A stretch of DNA of 64,000 nt, from assembly GCA_043821365.1 (NCBI GenBank), contig JBDRCX010000002.1, forward strand, positions 1-64,000. The letters are read 5' to 3'. The notes under the pieces were generated by a model. That model saw only the letters and a program-made list of their open reading frames with translations. It was not told the origin of the DNA and did no database searches. Below, one piece after another: positions 17,139 through 26,477 of the stretch (the stretch's first letter is position 1; each line of letters starts with the position of its first letter). A program made the position numbers and the translations under genes. The stretch is from Candidatus Micrarchaeota archaeon (GTDB lineage: Archaea > Micrarchaeota > Micrarchaeia > Anstonellales > Bilamarchaeaceae).

Positions 17139-17480
17139 CTATTCTAAAATCTTGAATGATTTTACATCCATCACAGTTCTTGGTCCTTCCCAACCCTGGG
17201 AAATTGGTTGCCCTGGTTGATATGGACCAACAGTATGGCTAGTGTCTGTTTCAACAACCCCAATTACCTCCAATCGTTTCCCTTCATAGGAACTGTTTTG
17301 TGGGAAATTTAACAAGTATACAACTGAATCGTTTGTTTGCAAGACTGGCCCTCCTTTATACTGTTCACTATAGACCCCAATCATGGTGGTCAGGTTACCC
17401 TTCACATTCATATTATCTCCCTCATTATGAATACATCCTGCGAATATTAAAAATAAACTGAAAATCATCATCCTAATCAT
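17139..17480 (-). CDS. Small lipoprotein-like protein
   Basis: Hydrophobic N-terminus with FAGC; ATG overlaps the amrS stop. Confidence 0.6.
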   Translation of the reverse strand: MIRMMIFSLFLIFAGCIHNEGDNMNVKGNLTTMIGVYSEQYKGGPVLQTNDSVVYLLNFPQNSSYEGKRLEVIGVVETDTSHTVGPYQPGQPISQGWEGPRTVMDVKSFKILE

Positions 17481-18535
17481 TTCCAAATCCCTGCCACATT
17501 TTCTTTACAAAATCTACATTTGCCATCAATAATATTGTTATTTCTGACTGTGAAACCGATTCTTGTTATCAGATCTTTTCTGCATCTTTTACATAATGTT
17601 GATTCATAACTAGCATATGCAATTCCAACATTGCCACAATAAACATGATGCAACCCAGTTAGTCTTCCTATCTCTCTAGCTCTAACTAGACTTGCTGGTG
17701 GAGTTGGTTTTTTGTCAACCAGTTTGTAATCTGGATGAAATGCAGTTATGTGCCATGGCATTTCAGGATCAATATCAACTAAAAACTTGACCATTTCTTT
17801 AAGTTCGTTTTCATTGTCGTTAAGATTAGGAATCAGCAAAGTGGTAATTTCCACCCAGATTCCAAGTTTTTTTGCATATTTTATTGATTCTTTTATTGGT
17901 TCAAGATCAGGAACTTTGCATAGTTTCTGGTAGAAATTTTTATTATAAGCTTTAAGATCAATATTTACTGCATCTATGTATTTCTTGATTGCATTCCAAC
18001 ATTCTTTTGATTCATAACCATTTGTAACGTAAATTCCTTTCAATCCCTTTTTTCTAGCTAGTTTCATTATGTCAATTGCATACTCAGTGAAAATCGTTGG
18101 TTCATTGTAGGTAAATGAGATTGATTTTGATCCACTTTGAACTGCAGCATCAACAACTCTCTCTGGTGACCAATCTTCACATCTGTTGAGCATGTTTTGA
18201 AAATACACTTTCCAGTTTTTTGGATCATGTACTCGTGCTTCCTGCGGAGCCTGACTCATACCGAAATTTTGACAAAAGTCACACGCAAAATTACAACCAA
18301 ATGTTCCAATAGAGAAGCTTTTAGTTCCAGGTAGAAAATGAAATAAAGGTTTTTTCTCTATTGGGTCAGCCCAAACTGCACATGGCTTTCCATAGACAGA
18401 TAACTTCAATTTTCCTTTTTCATTTGTTCTAACACCACAAAAACCAGCAGCATTAGGTGCAATATTACAATATCTAGAACAAGCAAGACATTTTATTGTT
18501 TTTCCTGTTTTTTTTGCCAGCATCTTTGCCGTCAT
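17477..18535 (-). CDS. amrS: AmmeMemoRadiSam radical SAM enzyme
   Basis: CLACSRYC, GFCGVR, DPIEKKPLFHF, GCNFACDFCQN (CxxxCxxC), TYNEP, AFHPDYK, YCGNV. Confidence 0.95.
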   Translation of the reverse strand: MTAKMLAKKTGKTIKCLACSRYCNIAPNAAGFCGVRTNEKGKLKLSVYGKPCAVWADPIEKKPLFHFLPGTKSFSIGTFGCNFACDFCQNFGMSQAPQEARVHDPKNWKVYFQNMLNRCEDWSPERVVDAAVQSGSKSISFTYNEPTIFTEYAIDIMKLARKKGLKGIYVTNGYESKECWNAIKKYIDAVNIDLKAYNKNFYQKLCKVPDLEPIKESIKYAKKLGIWVEITTLLIPNLNDNENELKEMVKFLVDIDPEMPWHITAFHPDYKLVDKKPTPPASLVRAREIGRLTGLHHVYCGNVGIAYASYESTLCKRCRKDLITRIGFTVRNNNIIDGKCRFCKENVAGIWK

Positions 18536-18596
18536 TTACTTTTTTTCTATTACAACCATTTAATATCTTTCTAGTAAATATCATTTTGGTGGTTTA

Positions 18597-19472
18597 TTGT
18601 CTACTCCTCAAACAGGAACATTTACAGTAAAATCAGGGCTCGCTAAAATGCTTAAAGGCGGGGTAATAATGGATGTTACTAATGCTGATCAGGCCAGAAT
18701 TGCTGAAAAGGCTGGTGCAGTGGCAGTAATGGCGTTGGAACGTGTACCTGCAGATATAAGAGCACAGGGCGGGGTTGCAAGAATGAGCGATCCTTTGAAA
18801 ATAAAAGAAATCCAATCCGCAGTTACGATTCCCGTTATGGCAAAGTGTAGAATTGGTCATTTTGTTGAAGCCCAAATTCTCCAAGTTCTTGGTGTTGATT
18901 ATATTGATGAAAGTGAGGTTCTGACTCCTGCAGATATGCATTTTCATGTTGATAAGACTAAATTCAAAACTCCATTTGTTTGTGGAGCACGTAATTTGGG
19001 GGAAGCATTGCGCAGAATTAATGAAGGTGCAGCAATGATGCGTACCAAAGGAGAAGCTGGCACTGGAAATATTGTCGAAGCAGTTCGTCATATTAGGGCA
19101 ATTAATTCTGAAATCAAAGCTCTAGAATCATCAGATCATTCAGTAAAAGCTAAGGAGTATCGTGTTCCGCTTGATCTTGTTAATGAAGTTATTAGGCTTG
19201 GAAGGCTACCTGTGGTTAATTTTGCAGCAGGTGGCATTGCCACGCCAGCAGATGCAGCCCTATGTATGCAACTTGGTGTTGATGGTGTTTTTGTTGGTTC
19301 TGGTATTTTCAAGAGCAGTGATCCTGCTAAGAGAGCAAAAGCAATTGTTGATGCTACTGCCCATTTCAATGATGCAGATAAAATTGCAAAGGCAAGCGAA
19401 GGTCTAGGTGCTGCAATGCATGGACTTGAGATATCAAAATTCGGAACAAAAATGGCAGAACGCGGAATATAA
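18597..19472 (+). CDS. pdxS: Pyridoxal 5'-phosphate synthase lyase subunit
   Basis: [52 protein letters not shown]; TTG start after GGTGGT. Confidence 0.97.
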   Translation: MSTPQTGTFTVKSGLAKMLKGGVIMDVTNADQARIAEKAGAVAVMALERVPADIRAQGGVARMSDPLKIKEIQSAVTIPVMAKCRIGHFVEAQILQVLGVDYIDESEVLTPADMHFHVDKTKFKTPFVCGARNLGEALRRINEGAAMMRTKGEAGTGNIVEAVRHIRAINSEIKALESSDHSVKAKEYRVPLDLVNEVIRLGRLPVVNFAAGGIATPADAALCMQLGVDGVFVGSGIFKSSDPAKRAKAIVDATAHFNDADKIAKASEGLGAAMHGLEISKFGTKMAERGI

Positions 19473-19546
19473 ATTGATTGCTTATAAATACAATCAATAA
19501 CATGCATACCTATCCATACTATTATTTGTTGGTGGAAAGTGATCAA

Positions 19547-20821
19547 ATGAAATCTTTTTGGTTTGTGCTTTTTGCACTATTGTTCGTAGTCGGTTGTATC
19601 TCTCAGGGCGTTGTTCCAGAACAACCAGCATCTGGTCTAAATCCACCATTAATAGAACCAATTCAACCAATACCAGAACCAAACCCATCAGAACAAACAT
19701 CCATCATCTCTGCACAAATTGTCGGTGATCCTGTCTTTTTGCAAAAATTTGGTGACTCATGGTTTAGTACATGGGCAGATGATGACAAACTTTATTTATC
19801 CTGGGGTGATGGAACTGGTCGCGGTGATTGTTATCCTGAAGCATATAATAATCTCGAAGCTCCTTTTTGTGATTCGTCTTGCGGAACTCCAGAATCATTT
19901 CTTTTTTGTGATATTTTTTGTTCTACCTTCGCTTGCAATACCTGCTATGCACCATGTACATTAACTGATGCTGGACTTGTTAGCTTGGAGGGTTCTGTTC
20001 CATATTTTACTGAGTGTCAAGATGAATGCATTGTGAGTCTCCATATTCCAACCGGAACTCCATTATTTGATAAAAACATAGATCCAGGTACATTAAGAAA
20101 TGACAAACCATCTAGTCTTCTTTTTTACAACAAAACTCTTTACTGGGCTGGACATAGCCCAGCAGGTCATCCTGATTTTGGGTATCTTGCCTATTCACAT
20201 GATTATGGGCGTACTTGGACTGAAGTTGAAAAGTCTCCTTGGACAAATGACAGTGTATTTAGAGTGCTTATGTTTATCAACATGGGAAGGAATTACGAAC
20301 TTAATCAGGATGGGTATGTTTATGCATTTGGCATAGGCAGCGAAGAGGCATGGACAAAAGACACTAATCTCCATGGTCGCGAAGAAAATGAAGAACAAAC
20401 AGTTTATTTAACTCGTGTTCCAAAAGATTCCATCCTGGATTATGGCAGATACGAGTATTACGTTACTATCGATGAAAATGGGAATCCAATCTGGTCTGGT
20501 AACGAAAATGATGCAACACCTTTAGAAGGACTTGAAACGATCCAAACTGCATCAGCAATGTATCATGAAGGTACAGGGAAATATCTTTTCTTGACTGCTT
20601 CACCTGGCGCATTATTTGAAGCACCTCAACCATGGGGGCCTTGGAGAAAGGTGGCACCGCTTTTTAATGAAGGGGATAATTCGGCATGGAAGTTAGGTGG
20701 TTATGTTCCTGGTATTATTACCAAGGACGCTGGGCCAAACTACTTTTATTTCACACTTGCAGGAGGGCCTAGTCGTTATCAGCTTCACATTGGCAAAATT
20801 GAAATGGAACTAAATAATTAA
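19547..20821 (+). CDS. Lipoprotein with DUF4185-like beta-propeller and Cys-rich insert
   Basis: VVGC lipobox; GDSWFSTWADDDKLYLSWGDG, SHDYGRTW, YVYAFG, LFEAPQPWGPW. Confidence 0.6.
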   Translation: MKSFWFVLFALLFVVGCISQGVVPEQPASGLNPPLIEPIQPIPEPNPSEQTSIISAQIVGDPVFLQKFGDSWFSTWADDDKLYLSWGDGTGRGDCYPEAYNNLEAPFCDSSCGTPESFLFCDIFCSTFACNTCYAPCTLTDAGLVSLEGSVPYFTECQDECIVSLHIPTGTPLFDKNIDPGTLRNDKPSSLLFYNKTLYWAGHSPAGHPDFGYLAYSHDYGRTWTEVEKSPWTNDSVFRVLMFINMGRNYELNQDGYVYAFGIGSEEAWTKDTNLHGREENEEQTVYLTRVPKDSILDYGRYEYYVTIDENGNPIWSGNENDATPLEGLETIQTASAMYHEGTGKYLFLTASPGALFEAPQPWGPWRKVAPLFNEGDNSAWKLGGYVPGIITKDAGPNYFYFTLAGGPSRYQLHIGKIEMELNN

Positions 20822-20855
20822 ATCTAATAGATCAATGGACTAATCTAAGATATAT

Positions 20856-21434
20856 ATGAAAATTGGTATCCTTGCCCTTCAGGGCGGTGTTATTGAACAT
20901 ATAAATGCAACAAACCAGGCAGCCAAAAATCTAGGCATTAATTGTGAAATTATCGAAGCAAGAACAAAAGAACAACTTCAAGATTTGGATGGGCTAATAA
21001 TTCCTGGTGGCGAAAGTACTGTTCTTCAAAAACTATGTGAAAGGGAACATATTTTCGATCAAATTAAACACACCAAAGCTATCTTTGGGACATGTGCTGG
21101 GGCAATACTATTGGCTAAGAAAATAAACAACCGAGAAGCAGAACAAAAAACTCTTGGGCTAATGGATATTGAAATCACTAGAAATGATTATGGAAGACAA
21201 AACGAATCGTTTGAACAAAAACTTGAAACTGAATTTGGCAATTTAAATGCAATTTTCATTAGGGCACCGAGGATAAAATCAACTGGTACTACTGTTAAAA
21301 TAATTGCAAAAAATAAGGGTGAAGTGGTTGCCTGCGTTCAACAAACATCTGGTCATTTTTATCTGGCAACATGCTTCCATCCAGAGTTATCAACCATCAA
21401 ATTCCACGAATATTTTTTGAATTCTTTACTATGA
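20856..21434 (+). CDS. pdxT: Pyridoxal 5'-phosphate synthase glutaminase subunit
   Basis: GILALQG, PGGEST, FGTCAG, RNDYGRQNESF, FIRAP, FHPE. Confidence 0.95.
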   Translation: MKIGILALQGGVIEHINATNQAAKNLGINCEIIEARTKEQLQDLDGLIIPGGESTVLQKLCEREHIFDQIKHTKAIFGTCAGAILLAKKINNREAEQKTLGLMDIEITRNDYGRQNESFEQKLETEFGNLNAIFIRAPRIKSTGTTVKIIAKNKGEVVACVQQTSGHFYLATCFHPELSTIKFHEYFLNSLL

Positions 21435-21574
21435 TTAGCTTCATTCGTGGTGCGGACTCTCACCCATCGATTTAAAATCCTAACTAATCAACAAATTAGA
21501 ACTATTATTCTACTTAATATAGAAAATAAGAGGAGATTGAAAAAGGACCTTGGTCCTTTTTAAGGTGAATACTT

Positions 21575-22090
21575 ATGGGAATCAGACCCGGAAGGGCAAT
21601 TAGAGATGCAGATAAGGTTGCATGGACAAGATATTCGAGAAGCAAGCCTAGAAAATCTTTTATCAAGGCATTGCCACATACTGACCTCCATCAATATAGA
21701 ATGGGTGCTATGAAAGATGATTTTGATCTTGAAATGAGCTTAGTCAGCGAACGTGCAGTTATCATAAGAGACAATGCAATTGAGAGTGCAAGACAAAGTT
21801 CAAACAAAGCATTGGAAAAAGAAGCACCAGGAAATTACTATTTTATCGTCAGAGTATATCCACATCATGTTGTTAGAGAAAACAAGATGATTTCAGGAGC
21901 AGGTGCAGACCGTCTTCAGAAAGGTATGCGACAATCATTTGGAAGGCCAACTGATAGGGCAGCCAGATTAAAAGTAGGAACGGCATTATTCACAATATTC
22001 TCATACAAAGCACACGAAGCAACTCTAAAAAAGGCACTAGTTAAGGCAAAGATGAAGCTTTCAGGAAAATTCAGAATAAAAGTAAAATAA
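21575..22090 (+). CDS. rpl10e: 50S ribosomal protein L10e (uL16)
   Basis: RVYPHHVVRENKMISGAGADRLQKGMRQSFGRP; AGGTGA RBS. Confidence 0.95.
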   Translation: MGIRPGRAIRDADKVAWTRYSRSKPRKSFIKALPHTDLHQYRMGAMKDDFDLEMSLVSERAVIIRDNAIESARQSSNKALEKEAPGNYYFIVRVYPHHVVRENKMISGAGADRLQKGMRQSFGRPTDRAARLKVGTALFTIFSYKAHEATLKKALVKAKMKLSGKFRIKVK

Positions 22091-22095
22091 AAAAA

Positions 22096-22272
22096 TTATT
22101 TGAATTGGTACTTACACAATTCAATTTCTGCTTTTTCAACAGCATCTGCATATTTGCTATCTAGAACAGCTATGAGTCCGCGAATATCTTGTTTTTTTAT
22201 TAGTTTTTCTATTGCAGTTTCTCTAGTTTTCTTATTTGGCGAGCATGCTGCAATTTGATGGAGTCTTTTCAT
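22096..22272 (-). CDS. Small helical hypothetical protein
   Basis: 58 aa MKRLHQIAA...; ATG overlaps the TGA of the upstream HTH ORF (ATGA). Confidence 0.55.
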   Translation of the reverse strand: MKRLHQIAACSPNKKTRETAIEKLIKKQDIRGLIAVLDSKYADAVEKAEIELCKYQFK

Positions 22273-22433
22273 GAATCCCACCTTACATAACGCCAGATGG
22301 TCATTCGTGAAACCTTCATCATGACAGCAAGTTCACGTACAGTGAACTCTCCTGTTAGATAAAGCCGTTTTATTGCTTCTCTATTTTCGGCATCAAAAGC
22401 CGGTTTTCTACCTATTTTCCTAATTGGTTTCAA
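22269..22433 (-). CDS. Small resolvase-type (Hin/HTH_7-like) helix-turn-helix protein; start uncertain (TTG, or frameshift from ATG 22446)
   Basis: Hand translation KPIRKIGRKPAFDAENREAIKRLYLTGEFTVRELAVMMKVSRMTIWRYVRWDS; GRKP arm plus VSRxTIWRY recognition helix; missed by ORF track. Confidence 0.7.
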   Translation of the reverse strand: MKPIRKIGRKPAFDAENREAIKRLYLTGEFTVRELAVMMKVSRMTIWRYVRWDS

Positions 22434-22438
22434 AACAC

Positions 22439-22522
22439 CCTTTCATATTTTTCACCTCGTCTTGTTAAATAAAAATTGAAAGACTTGAACCGCAGTTCAA
22501 GAGCCTTTCATATTTTTCACCT
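22439..22522 (-). repeat. 19-bp perfect direct repeat (RBS + ATGAAAGG) flanking a hairpin
   Basis: cctttcatatttttcacct at 22439-22457 and 22504-22522; cttgaac-cgca-gttcaag hairpin at 22484-22501. Confidence 0.85.
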
Positions 22523-22784
22523 TTTTTATATATTTTATACTAACCATACTGAATCTCAAAGAAAATTAGTTGAAAATTTTCTAGAGTTCAGACTGGATTA
22601 TTGCATCTCAGTTCCTGTTCTTCCTCTAGAAACTCTCATATTGTAAAACTCATCTCCAGCTCTTTATAAATATTTGTCACATTTTCACAGCCTTGTCACT
22701 AAATTGGTATGTTTATTTGTGTTTGCTTGTGGTTATAGATTTATAAACTTAATTATCCATAATATATTCGGGAGGGGTGAGCTT

Positions 22785-24614
22785 TTGGCCCATGATAAAA
22801 TAACTGTAGATGAACCGCTTATCAGTACTGATGTGGATAGTCTAATCCGTATGCTTTCTGAGCAAAAAAGAGTTTCTCTTAATGATCTCAGAAAAACCTG
22901 CAAGATTGACAAAAAAACCATGGAGAAATGGTTGGCTGTTCTTGAAGATGAAGGATACATCAATGTTGAATATGGCATTCGTGGCACTTTTGTTAATTGG
23001 GTTGGACTTGGTATGGAAGACAACTCAAATGGTTATGTTGTTGATAATACGCCAACTATTGTTTCACAATCAAATGATATGCCACCCCCAGTTGAAACTT
23101 CACCTGTAGAAACTCCTGTTGCAGAAACAGTGGATACTCAAACAGTTGAAACTGTAGAGATAAAAGACGAAGTTCAAGAAGAAGAGCCAGAAGAAGAACA
23201 AGTTGTTGAAACTCAAGAAGAACAAATTGAAGAGGGCCCAGAACCAGAAGAACTTCTCAGCGAATACCTTGCAAGGAAAAAACAAAAAGGTTCAATAAAT
23301 GTTGATGAACTTCGTGCAAATATAATTAATAAATTAGATAAGAACGAAGCTAATCCAGACGATCTTATATTCGTTGACGAGAAAGTCGAAGAACAAGATC
23401 CTCCAGAGAAAATTTATGAAGAAGAGGTACAACTACCTGATGTTGAATTTGAAAATCCAGTAATTACTCCTAAACCCACCACAACCAAAGATCAAATTGA
23501 CGTTAGAGATCTTATGAATGCATATTTATCTGAAATAAACAAGGAAAAAGAAGAAATCGAAAACCTAAAAAAAGAAAAGGAAACTCTTTACCGTGATAAA
23601 TTTGTGGTGATAGAAGGAAAAATGCAATCTGATGTTGCAGTTCTAAGTGAAAAAATTATCGAAAAACAAAGCAGAATTGCAGAATTAAAAGAAAGAGTAC
23701 TTGCACTTCCTGATAAAGTTGATGAACTCAACAGACTACAAAGGGAAATGGACAGATTGAAAAAGGAAGGAAGAATGGCTCTTGACAGAACTAAAAGAAA
23801 AGCTGACGAGTTTGTTTCAAATATAGCGGATTCAAAAACAACAATAGAAACAAAGATTGCTGAAGTTAATGATGTTGTTACTAACCAATCAAGCAAAATA
23901 CAAGAGTTTGAATCTTTGAGCACTTCTCTTGATACTAAAGCAGAAAAACTCAGAACTGCATTAGATTCTGCACAATCGCAAGTATATGAAATAACATCCA
24001 CAATGGCTGCATTAAAAGCAGACATCGAACAAGTGGAACAAATGAGAACTGATATTTCAACCATGACTGAAACTATAAAAACAAGAGTTGCTGATCATGG
24101 TGAAGAACTAAGTGCACTTGAAGCAGAATTAGAAGGCATAGCAAAGATGGAACACTGGATACAGGAATATGTACGTGACTATGAGGGTAAAGTAGAAGAA
24201 ATCGAAGATTATGTATCCAGAAGCGACGAAGAGCTCGATGAATTAAAAAATGCAGCAGAATCGCTTTACATGAGAGAATACCTTGGCCAGCTTGAGAACA
24301 TGACTCAGGATTACCAAAATGCTCTTTACGACACAGTTTCAAAAGAACAGGATCTTGATCAAAGAATTGCAAATTCAAAATCAAGAATAACTGAACTTGT
24401 AAAAGAAAGCCAGGACATGATCAAAAAAATAAGAAGTGAAGTTCCAGGTTCAAATGAATATGGAAAACTTCTTGCACGTGTTAAGGAGAAAACAGGTAAA
24501 ATAAAGGTAGTTGTTAAGGAAAAACAAAGCGAAAGAAGCAAGCTAAAAGAAGACTCCAAAAACACAAGAAAAACTCCGAAAAAACCAAGTCCAAAAGGTA
24601 AGAAAAAGAAGTAA
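22785..24614 (+). CDS. Winged-helix + acidic linker + long coiled-coil protein
   Basis: TDVDSLIRML...EKWLAVLEDEGYINVEY wHTH-like N-terminus; E/P-rich linker; about 350 aa of heptads; basic tail; TTG start after GGGGTGA. Confidence 0.7.
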   Translation: MAHDKITVDEPLISTDVDSLIRMLSEQKRVSLNDLRKTCKIDKKTMEKWLAVLEDEGYINVEYGIRGTFVNWVGLGMEDNSNGYVVDNTPTIVSQSNDMPPPVETSPVETPVAETVDTQTVETVEIKDEVQEEEPEEEQVVETQEEQIEEGPEPEELLSEYLARKKQKGSINVDELRANIINKLDKNEANPDDLIFVDEKVEEQDPPEKIYEEEVQLPDVEFENPVITPKPTTTKDQIDVRDLMNAYLSEINKEKEEIENLKKEKETLYRDKFVVIEGKMQSDVAVLSEKIIEKQSRIAELKERVLALPDKVDELNRLQREMDRLKKEGRMALDRTKRKADEFVSNIADSKTTIETKIAEVNDVVTNQSSKIQEFESLSTSLDTKAEKLRTALDSAQSQVYEITSTMAALKADIEQVEQMRTDISTMTETIKTRVADHGEELSALEAELEGIAKMEHWIQEYVRDYEGKVEEIEDYVSRSDEELDELKNAAESLYMREYLGQLENMTQDYQNALYDTVSKEQDLDQRIANSKSRITELVKESQDMIKKIRSEVPGSNEYGKLLARVKEKTGKIKVVVKEKQSERSKLKEDSKNTRKTPKKPSPKGKKKK

Positions 24615-25154
24615 TCATAATTTCATTTGGTCTTTTTTCTCTTTTCTACTTCTTGCATCATCTACAACTGCAAGCCATGAATCGCCTATTTTCATGAAGT
24701 AATTACCAAATGTCTTACTTAAGGAAATACGCATTGGTCTGAATTTTCTTTTACTTTCTATTGCAACTATCGTATCTCTTTCAACTTTTATCATACCAAC
24801 TCTTTTTAGACGTGGCAAGACTCTGTTGTAAAAGGTTGCTTTTGATATGTTATTCGTCTTAACAAACTCAGAGGTCTCCTCTCCTGTCATGTGTGTTTTT
24901 TCACACAGTGTTTTCAGGAAACTAGTTGCTATCTCATAATATCTTGGCTGATATTGTTTAGAAAAAATAAAATTAGCCAGTTCATCAATATTCCATGCAT
25001 TTCTTGTTATATTCTCGTTCTTATCTTGAAATGATCTTACTTCATGACTATCATGCCGTGGTAGGTATATGGATTCTGATGAGGGCACTCCTCTTGATGT
25101 GATTTGTTTTTTTTGTTCAATTCTATCGCTTGATGGTGTTTCTATCTCTTCCAT
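24615..25154 (-). CDS. Hypothetical protein, winged-helix-like
   Basis: ISKATFYNRVLPRLKRVGMIKVER HTH-wing pattern. Confidence 0.65.
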   Translation of the reverse strand: MEEIETPSSDRIEQKKQITSRGVPSSESIYLPRHDSHEVRSFQDKNENITRNAWNIDELANFIFSKQYQPRYYEIATSFLKTLCEKTHMTGEETSEFVKTNNISKATFYNRVLPRLKRVGMIKVERDTIVAIESKRKFRPMRISLSKTFGNYFMKIGDSWLAVVDDARSRKEKKDQMKL

Positions 25155-25280
25155 AACTCAGAAACCCAGGGAAAAAATATAAGGTTTACTGTAACGATGA
25201 TCTAGTATATCAACAATAAGGTTAATTTTTCAACCAAGTAATTAAGGTATTCAGTTCAAGATTATCTGGGTTAGCTTCGC

Positions 25281-25589
25281 TTACCCAAACAAACTTCCAA
25301 AACCAGATTCTGCTTCTTCCTCTTCTTTTAATATTTTTTCAACAATTCTCTTTTCAACATCCTCTGGTGCTTTTTGTGCAATCTCTTTAAGTTTTTCGTC
25401 TGCTTTTTTTACAAAATCTTCAGAAGTAGATATGTAAACATAGAATTTGGTTTTATCTTCGTCAAGTACTGTCCCGTCCTTAATCTTATACCCTGCTCTT
25501 GCAAAACTATCATCTGCATATGGGTCTGCTTCGAGAATCTTTGTTATTTCTGCTTTTTTGCTAGGTTCGCATTCATATACTCGATACAT
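25281..25589 (-). CDS. Small conserved hypothetical protein
   Basis: 102-aa ORF in operon; ends EEEAESGFGSLFG. Confidence 0.7.
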   Translation of the reverse strand: MYRVYECEPSKKAEITKILEADPYADDSFARAGYKIKDGTVLDEDKTKFYVYISTSEDFVKKADEKLKEIAQKAPEDVEKRIVEKILKEEEEAESGFGSLFG

Positions 25590-26365
25590 CAGTCTTCCTC
25601 CTCTTTATAGTGTTTTTTTGTCCTACCTGATTTTGATTTACTTGAATTCTCAGTCATAACTATGAGTGCACCATACACAACCGGGTATAAGAAAAATATG
25701 GTTGCTATCTGGACAAATGGTATAAAATTCAAAATCCACGTAAGAGCAAATAATATGTACAATCCTATAAACATGATGTGTTTTCTTCTTAGTACGTTGA
25801 AACCATGTCTAAGCGAACTATACAATCCTGCATCAAATGCTCCTGAAGATACAAATGCAGGTGTGAATATCATGTGAATTACAAATGTTATCATTGCTAC
25901 AGTAAGTCCTATTATCCAATCCATATATGCAACATCAATCAATACGAAATAGTACAGCGCTATTAATGGTCCTGCCACTAAAATCCATATCAGGTCTCTA
26001 AGAAGCTGTATTGCAAAGTTTTGTGGTGCCTTTTCCAGTGCATATGAGAAAAACGATGTTAGGGTTATTTTCTCTTTCCACAGAGCACCATGATATGCCC
26101 ATGCAAGACTTGCATTCAATCCATTTGCAAAGAACACAAATGCCAGACCAATTATTCCTAGGAAACCAATAGTTGGTATTGCCTCTAGGTCAAATTCCTG
26201 TCCTATTACCGATAGGAAAATAAAATAAATTAACAGAAGCCCAAGAGTTGCAAAAAAGAAAAGTATCAGCATAAAAACATACATTATCGAACCCCATAGG
26301 AAAAGAAATGGGTTCTTTGTATACGCACTAAATGATTTTTTCAGACTTTCTATCAAATTATCCAC
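25589..26365 (-). CDS. Multi-pass membrane protein
   Basis: About 6 hydrophobic segments; ORF track. Confidence 0.7.
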   Translation of the reverse strand: MDNLIESLKKSFSAYTKNPFLFLWGSIMYVFMLILFFFATLGLLLIYFIFLSVIGQEFDLEAIPTIGFLGIIGLAFVFFANGLNASLAWAYHGALWKEKITLTSFFSYALEKAPQNFAIQLLRDLIWILVAGPLIALYYFVLIDVAYMDWIIGLTVAMITFVIHMIFTPAFVSSGAFDAGLYSSLRHGFNVLRRKHIMFIGLYILFALTWILNFIPFVQIATIFFLYPVVYGALIVMTENSSKSKSGRTKKHYKEEED

Positions 26366-26477
26366 CTTTTAAAATTACTTAAGTAAAAACACACTTGTAT
26401 TTTTACATCTTTCGAATACCACTAATAAAGCAAATTATTTAAATGACACCTTCTATCTCATATTAGAGGGGCTTATT

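Noticed and set aside
21440-21480. GC-rich patch with T-loop-like GGTGAGAGTCC on the minus strand
   Set aside because: Too short, with no surrounding tRNA, FMN or cobalamin riboswitch structure
22439-22522. Possible CRISPR repeat
   Set aside because: Only two 19-bp copies, which are RBS+start sequences; no cas genes or array anywhere in the window
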